64,000 nucleotides of DNA from a virus. Taxonomy: Duplodnaviria > Heunggongvirae > Uroviricota > Caudoviricetes. The notes beneath the pieces are model-generated. The model saw nothing but the letters and a program-made list of their open reading frames with translations. It was not told the origin of the DNA and made no database searches. The translations under genes and the position numbers were made by a program. The number at the start of each line of letters is the position of its first letter. The first letter of the stretch is position 1. Positions 59,688-64,000 of this stretch are shown one piece after another. Where the stretch lies: IMG/VR virus record IMGVR_UViG_3300028888_000043, positions 201,756 to 265,755 of that record. The stretch is one strand, 5' to 3'.

Positions 59688-62612
59688 ATGGCTTTAGATG
59701 CAGAATTGATTAATTTGAAATCAGCTGGAACTTATCGCTTTGAGAGGGATAAGTCTGAAATTTCAAATGAAGTGGCAACTATCTCTAATTTGAGACTTGT
59801 TGCTGGTTTTAGCAAGACAGGTCCATTCAATACAGTCAAGTTGGTGACTTCTACTGCACAGTTCATCAAGTTGTATGGAAACATCGACCGTTCTCTTGAG
59901 AAGAAAGGTTCATTCTTCCATAGAAGTGCCTTGGTGGCTTTGAGTACCGGTCCTATCCTTTGCTTGAACCTCTTGAACCTTGACCCTGACAGAGACCAGG
60001 TTGTTGAGAAATCATTCTCAGTAAGTTCAGGTGAAGTGAATGCCAAGTCCGTGACCCTTCCTTTACAGTCACTCTATAACACAGACAAGTTCTGGTTTGC
60101 AAGTGACGAGGCATATCTTGATGCCATTGAGAAGAGTCTTGGTAATGGTAACACAACAAGTGGTATTAATGGTGAAAATACAAAAGAAGCATGGAATGAC
60201 AAAATCCTCCACTTCTCCAATGTAGGTAAGAAACCTGTTTCCATCTTGGTGAAAAAGGCAAGTGATTACTCTTCAAAGGGTTTCCAGCTCACACTCAATG
60301 AGTTCTATGGTGAAGGTAATGTTCCTGAATACCTCAATGGTACTTCATATGTAAGTGATTATCTTGTAGAGGTTTATGTTGTTGGTGGTGACTTCGGTCC
60401 TGCTCTCACAGGTAGTACATTCGCTTCTTCACTTGATTTGGATGATGACAATCTTGAAGGTAGCGGTGATGTCCTTACCAAGTATGACATCTATAAGGAT
60501 GAGACAACACAGCAGGAACTTCCTTACAAGAGGTTTGCTTCCGATATTGTTTACCAGTCATTCTATGATGAGAAGGGTTTCATCAGAGGTGTTGATGACT
60601 CAAATCTCGCCAAGTTCTTGAACCTTCCATCAGTTGACCTCCGTGCCAAGTATGTAGGTTCATTGATTCCTAACTTCGTTGACAAGCTTGGTAGGAACAT
60701 CTGGATCCAGAAGTTGGTCAATGATGACACCGATACCATCGGTCTTATCTGTACAGAGAATATCTCTCTCCTTGAGGATGTTGATTTTGATCATGACTTC
60801 ATTGATGAGAAGATTGACCTCATTGGACACAGTGTTTATAACAACCTTGACAATGAGGAAGAGAACACCATTCCTGATATGTCATTTGAGTTCCTCAGCT
60901 ACAAGTTTGACTATAAGGATGAACCACAGGAAGTCAAGGTTGGTCAGGATGTTTACAGAAGTACTCCTGATGCTAATACTGATGCAACAGAAGTTCCGGC
61001 AGAGCATCCATTTGCTTGGGTAAATGTTGAGAATGAGGAAGATATCATCTTTGCTGATGCCAGTTATTTGAAAGTTGGTGCAAAGGTTTATAAGAAAGCA
61101 GTTGAGGAACAGCAGCCTATGTTGTTGAGTGCATCTGCTGATTCTGATTCAGATGTTGATTATGATGAACTCACAGTTGATGAGATTGTGAAGGATGTCA
61201 ATCCATTGGTCACTGAAATTGTGTTTCTTGACAATGAGGACTTGTTCCTTGATGCAAACAATGAAAAGGCATACATCCCAAGGGACAATGAGGTTATCCT
61301 TGACAAGGCTGCCAATGTTGTTGTAGGTGACTATCTCCTTTCAGACTTCTATAATGATGATGAGGGTAAGAAGCATTCAAGACTCACAAGGGTTGTCGAG
61401 GTAAGGAATGTCTATGGTGAGAAGGCAAATGACAGACCTGGTAAGAAGGCTGGTATCCTTGTAATTTGTGCTGATAAGATTTCCAAGACTCGTGGTTCAC
61501 AGGACAATATTGTCATCAAGGTTACCCCTATCGACAAGGTTGCTGACCACTTCCAGTGGATTTGCCTCAATGGTTTCCAGGTAAGTAAGGAAGCAATGCC
61601 AGATGGTACCAACAGGCGTCAGAATGAGATTCTTGATATGATCCGTGAATATCCTGAATTCCCTTCAACCAAGTCCAACCTCTTCTCTGCGCTTATCGAC
61701 CGTGACTATGTACAGTGGAGATACCTGGTTGACACCTTTGGTCTCGGTATCGAGGAAGAGTGTAAGAAGGTTTACACCATCCTTTGCCAGGCCAGGAAGA
61801 GTGCATTCGCAATCGTGAACTGCCCGTCACAGCTTGACTTCAAGAAGAGTCATGATCCTTGGTTCACCAACAAGAATGGTGGTGTCGAGGTTGAATTCAT
61901 CGCCAAGGGTGGTGACCTTTCAAGGAATCCTTCCTTCCTCTTCACACTTCCTAAGATTGAGAACGGTGCATCCTGGGGTGCTTACTACTATCCATATTTG
62001 AGAATCACTGACCTCAGTGCTCCTAAGTCAGTACCTCCGGCAGCATATGTCTCAAATCTTTACATCCAGAAGTACAACAGAGGATTTGCTTGGTCAATCG
62101 TCGCTGGTCAGAAGAGGGGTGTCATCTCCGGTAACCAGGTTGTCGGTGTCGAGGCTACCCTTGTCCATGAGAACAGGGATTGGCTTGAACCAATGGGTAT
62201 CAATGCCATCATCTGGGAGCAGGGTGTCGGTGTCGAGGTTTATGGTAACAAGACTGCAAAGCAGACTCCTGTTTCTGCACTGTCTTCAATCCATGTCCGT
62301 GAGGCTGCTATCTACATCCAGGATAATGTTGAGACAATCCTCAGGAGATATGTCTTTGAGTTCAATACTGCACAGGCAAGAATGGAAATCAAGACATTGG
62401 TTGATGAGTTCCTTGAGAATATGAAGAACAATGGTGGTCTCTATGATTACAGGACTGTTATGGATACAACCAACAACACTCCTGAAGTCATTGACAACAA
62501 TATGGGTGTCATTGACATCTATGTTGAGATTGTCAGGGGTCTTGAAATCATTGCCCAGAGACTTACAATCCTCAGGACTGGTGCTATTGCTGCTGGTGGA
62601 TTTGATGAATAA
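59688..62612 (+). CDS. gp18: Contractile tail sheath protein gp18-like
   Basis: GFSKTGPFN, YYYPYL, VPPAA, GINAI, GNKT, LSSIHVR, YVFEFN, DTTNNTPEVID. Confidence 0.93.
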   Translation: MALDAELINLKSAGTYRFERDKSEISNEVATISNLRLVAGFSKTGPFNTVKLVTSTAQFIKLYGNIDRSLEKKGSFFHRSALVALSTGPILCLNLLNLDPDRDQVVEKSFSVSSGEVNAKSVTLPLQSLYNTDKFWFASDEAYLDAIEKSLGNGNTTSGINGENTKEAWNDKILHFSNVGKKPVSILVKKASDYSSKGFQLTLNEFYGEGNVPEYLNGTSYVSDYLVEVYVVGGDFGPALTGSTFASSLDLDDDNLEGSGDVLTKYDIYKDETTQQELPYKRFASDIVYQSFYDEKGFIRGVDDSNLAKFLNLPSVDLRAKYVGSLIPNFVDKLGRNIWIQKLVNDDTDTIGLICTENISLLEDVDFDHDFIDEKIDLIGHSVYNNLDNEEENTIPDMSFEFLSYKFDYKDEPQEVKVGQDVYRSTPDANTDATEVPAEHPFAWVNVENEEDIIFADASYLKVGAKVYKKAVEEQQPMLLSASADSDSDVDYDELTVDEIVKDVNPLVTEIVFLDNEDLFLDANNEKAYIPRDNEVILDKAANVVVGDYLLSDFYNDDEGKKHSRLTRVVEVRNVYGEKANDRPGKKAGILVICADKISKTRGSQDNIVIKVTPIDKVADHFQWICLNGFQVSKEAMPDGTNRRQNEILDMIREYPEFPSTKSNLFSALIDRDYVQWRYLVDTFGLGIEEECKKVYTILCQARKSAFAIVNCPSQLDFKKSHDPWFTNKNGGVEVEFIAKGGDLSRNPSFLFTLPKIENGASWGAYYYPYLRITDLSAPKSVPPAAYVSNLYIQKYNRGFAWSIVAGQKRGVISGNQVVGVEATLVHENRDWLEPMGINAIIWEQGVGVEVYGNKTAKQTPVSALSSIHVREAAIYIQDNVETILRRYVFEFNTAQARMEIKTLVDEFLENMKNNGGLYDYRTVMDTTNNTPEVIDNNMGVIDIYVEIVRGLEIIAQRLTILRTGAIAAGGFDE

Positions 62613-62631
62613 TCTTATCGCAAAAATAATC

Positions 62632-62666
62632 AAAGAGAGAGTGGAGAAATCTGCTCTCTCTTTTTG
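62632..62666 (+). terminator. Intrinsic terminator
   Basis: AAAGAGAGAGTGGA-gaaa-TCTGCTCTCTCTTT with T-run. Confidence 0.7.
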
Positions 62667-62670
62667 TTAT

Positions 62671-62678
62671 CATAAATA
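62671..62678 (+). promoter_or_regulatory. Late promoter CATAAATA
   Basis: Upstream of 62696. Confidence 0.75.
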
Positions 62679-62695
62679 CTATATATTATCTCTAT

Positions 62696-62995
62696 ATGAA
62701 TATGGTACAGAAATATAATGATTTCTTCAATGAGGAAATTCAATTGAATGAATCGGAAGAAAAGATGGTGAATGAAGCAGCGGAGAAGATTGCAGAGAAA
62801 ATCAAGAATGGTGAAACCATTGATGAGGGATTGTTTGGTTCAGTTGTAGGTGGTCTTGCCGGCGCAACTATCGGTCCTGCTATCGGAAGGGCTATCTGTA
62901 AGGCATTGGGTATCACCAGTGGATTGCTTTATGATTTGTTCAACAGTAGGATGTTCACAACTGCTGTCGCAGCATATATAGGATACAAGAATTAA
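62696..62995 (+). CDS. Small glycine-zipper protein with acidic leader
   Basis: KYNDFFNE..LNE..IDE then GLFGSVVGGLAGATIGPAIG. Confidence 0.65.
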   Translation: MNMVQKYNDFFNEEIQLNESEEKMVNEAAEKIAEKIKNGETIDEGLFGSVVGGLAGATIGPAIGRAICKALGITSGLLYDLFNSRMFTTAVAAYIGYKN

Positions 62996-63002
62996 TTGAG
63001 AT

Positions 63003-63338
63003 ATGGCATTGACAGATAAGAAAATCCAGGGTAGTACACCTATCAGGGAGTTCCCTGACAAATATAATGGGCTCATAAATGATCTCATTGGAGAGTTGAA
63101 TAATAAAGAGACAAAAATTGCTACTTTGACAAGTAGGATTTCTGAACTTGAAAATGTCTTGGCGACTGAAAGGGCAAGGATAAGGGCGGAGTATCTTGCT
63201 ATGTATAATAAGTATGTATCTGACCTTGAAGAACAATTCAATGCCAAGATGAACTCATTTGAAACCAAGATGTCTTCATTTGAAAGGAGACTGACTGAAA
63301 AATTTGAAGATGAATTTGTTAAAAAAACTGATATTTAA
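63003..63338 (+). CDS. Coiled-coil virion protein
   Basis: Heptad-rich 111-aa ORF in late operon. Confidence 0.6.
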   Translation: MALTDKKIQGSTPIREFPDKYNGLINDLIGELNNKETKIATLTSRISELENVLATERARIRAEYLAMYNKYVSDLEEQFNAKMNSFETKMSSFERRLTEKFEDEFVKKTDI

Positions 63339-63340
63339 TT

Positions 63341-64000
63341 ATGGCTGATAGAATCATTTTACTCAAAGACTCTGATATCCTATCCGAGTCAATGCATAAG
63401 ATAAATTATAATTTCAAACTTCTTGAAAATGATACCGCCGTTAATGATTACAGGTGGCAGCAGTATGTCAATTCCATTGACAAGAAGATTGATGGTCTTA
63501 AGAATGCCACTGATTCCAGGGAGAATGCCTTGGCAAGAAATCTTGACAGTTTGCAGGATTTGATTGATTCTATGGCAACCAAGGAAGACATCCAAAATCA
63601 GATTAACAATGCTCTCCAGAATGCCAATGATGAATTGAGGGGATTTATCTCAACAGCGGTTGGTCAGCAGGTCAGTAAGGCATATGGTACTTTTGCCACA
63701 ACATCTCAATTATATGAAGAACTTGGAAAACTTGATTATGCCAGGTCTGATGCCTTTGATGTATTTGAAGCCAAGGTGAATGAAAGGGTGGCATCAGCAT
63801 CAAGGATTGTTGCCAACAGTAAGTTTGCGGAACAGGATGGGCATCTTGTATATACTGATAATACAGTTTCACCATATACAAGTATTGATGATTATTGGAA
63901 TTCATTGGATTCTGCAACAAAAGCAAGTTTGGACCCACAAGGAAATGGTTTGAAAGACCCGGAAGTCCTTGAAGCATTTATGAATTATTGTGAGAGAAAA
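63341..64000 (+). CDS. Putative fibre/whisker protein, N-terminal part (runs off window end; not in ORF track)
   Basis: Manual translation MADRIILLKDSDILSESMHKINYNFKLLE...; KINxNF motif of T4-like gp9/gp10-type attachment domains, then coiled coil. Confidence 0.55.
   Translation, partial: MADRIILLKDSDILSESMHKINYNFKLLENDTAVNDYRWQQYVNSIDKKIDGLKNATDSRENALARNLDSLQDLIDSMATKEDIQNQINNALQNANDELRGFISTAVGQQVSKAYGTFATTSQLYEELGKLDYARSDAFDVFEAKVNERVASASRIVANSKFAEQDGHLVYTDNTVSPYTSIDDYWNSLDSATKASLDPQGNGLKDPEVLEAFMNYCERK

Noticed and set aside
1-64000. Stop-codon reassignment (TAG to Gln) as in Lak phages
   Set aside because: Long genes are intact in code 11, and TAG stops at 12715, 15388 and 37181 sit directly against terminators
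1-64000. Apparent CG-dinucleotide scarcity as restriction avoidance
   Set aside because: Impression only; needs k-mer counts against a codon-aware null, which I cannot run

Overview
64 kb segment of a large T4-like (myovirus, probably jumbo) dsDNA phage read in the standard code. The host is probably a Bacteroidetes (TAnnTTTG-like promoters, no obvious Shine-Dalgarno sites, a DUF4494-like gene). The window holds baseplate/tail genes (gp6, gp7-like, gp25, gp15-like, tube, sheath, putative fibres), a gp55-like late sigma factor, replication/recombination genes (PolB, probable clamp, gp41 helicase, UvsX, gp47, RuvC-like, PD-(D/E)XK nuclease) and auxiliary genes (MetK, Dam-like MTase, PhoH, GroES-like). 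Two promoter classes split the genes cleanly: CATAAATA (late) and TTTGTTATWTTTR (replication genes). Main unexplained features: (1) a 20-aa tag, ESVWADIHKRSNGEQVRKED, present 13 times in six late genes, always after a prohead-protease-like x-x-E site and ahead of interchangeable cargo domains, suggesting a tagged, polyprotein-processed set of virion-delivered effectors; (2) a tRNA-like cloverleaf nested in the anticodon loop of another tRNA-like cloverleaf just downstream of gp55; (3) a late RimK ligase plus RimB-like protease module together with several phage proteins ending in Glu tails; (4) a late MoxR-AAA/metallopeptidase/vWA cluster. All product calls come from motif recognition by eye; no database search was run.
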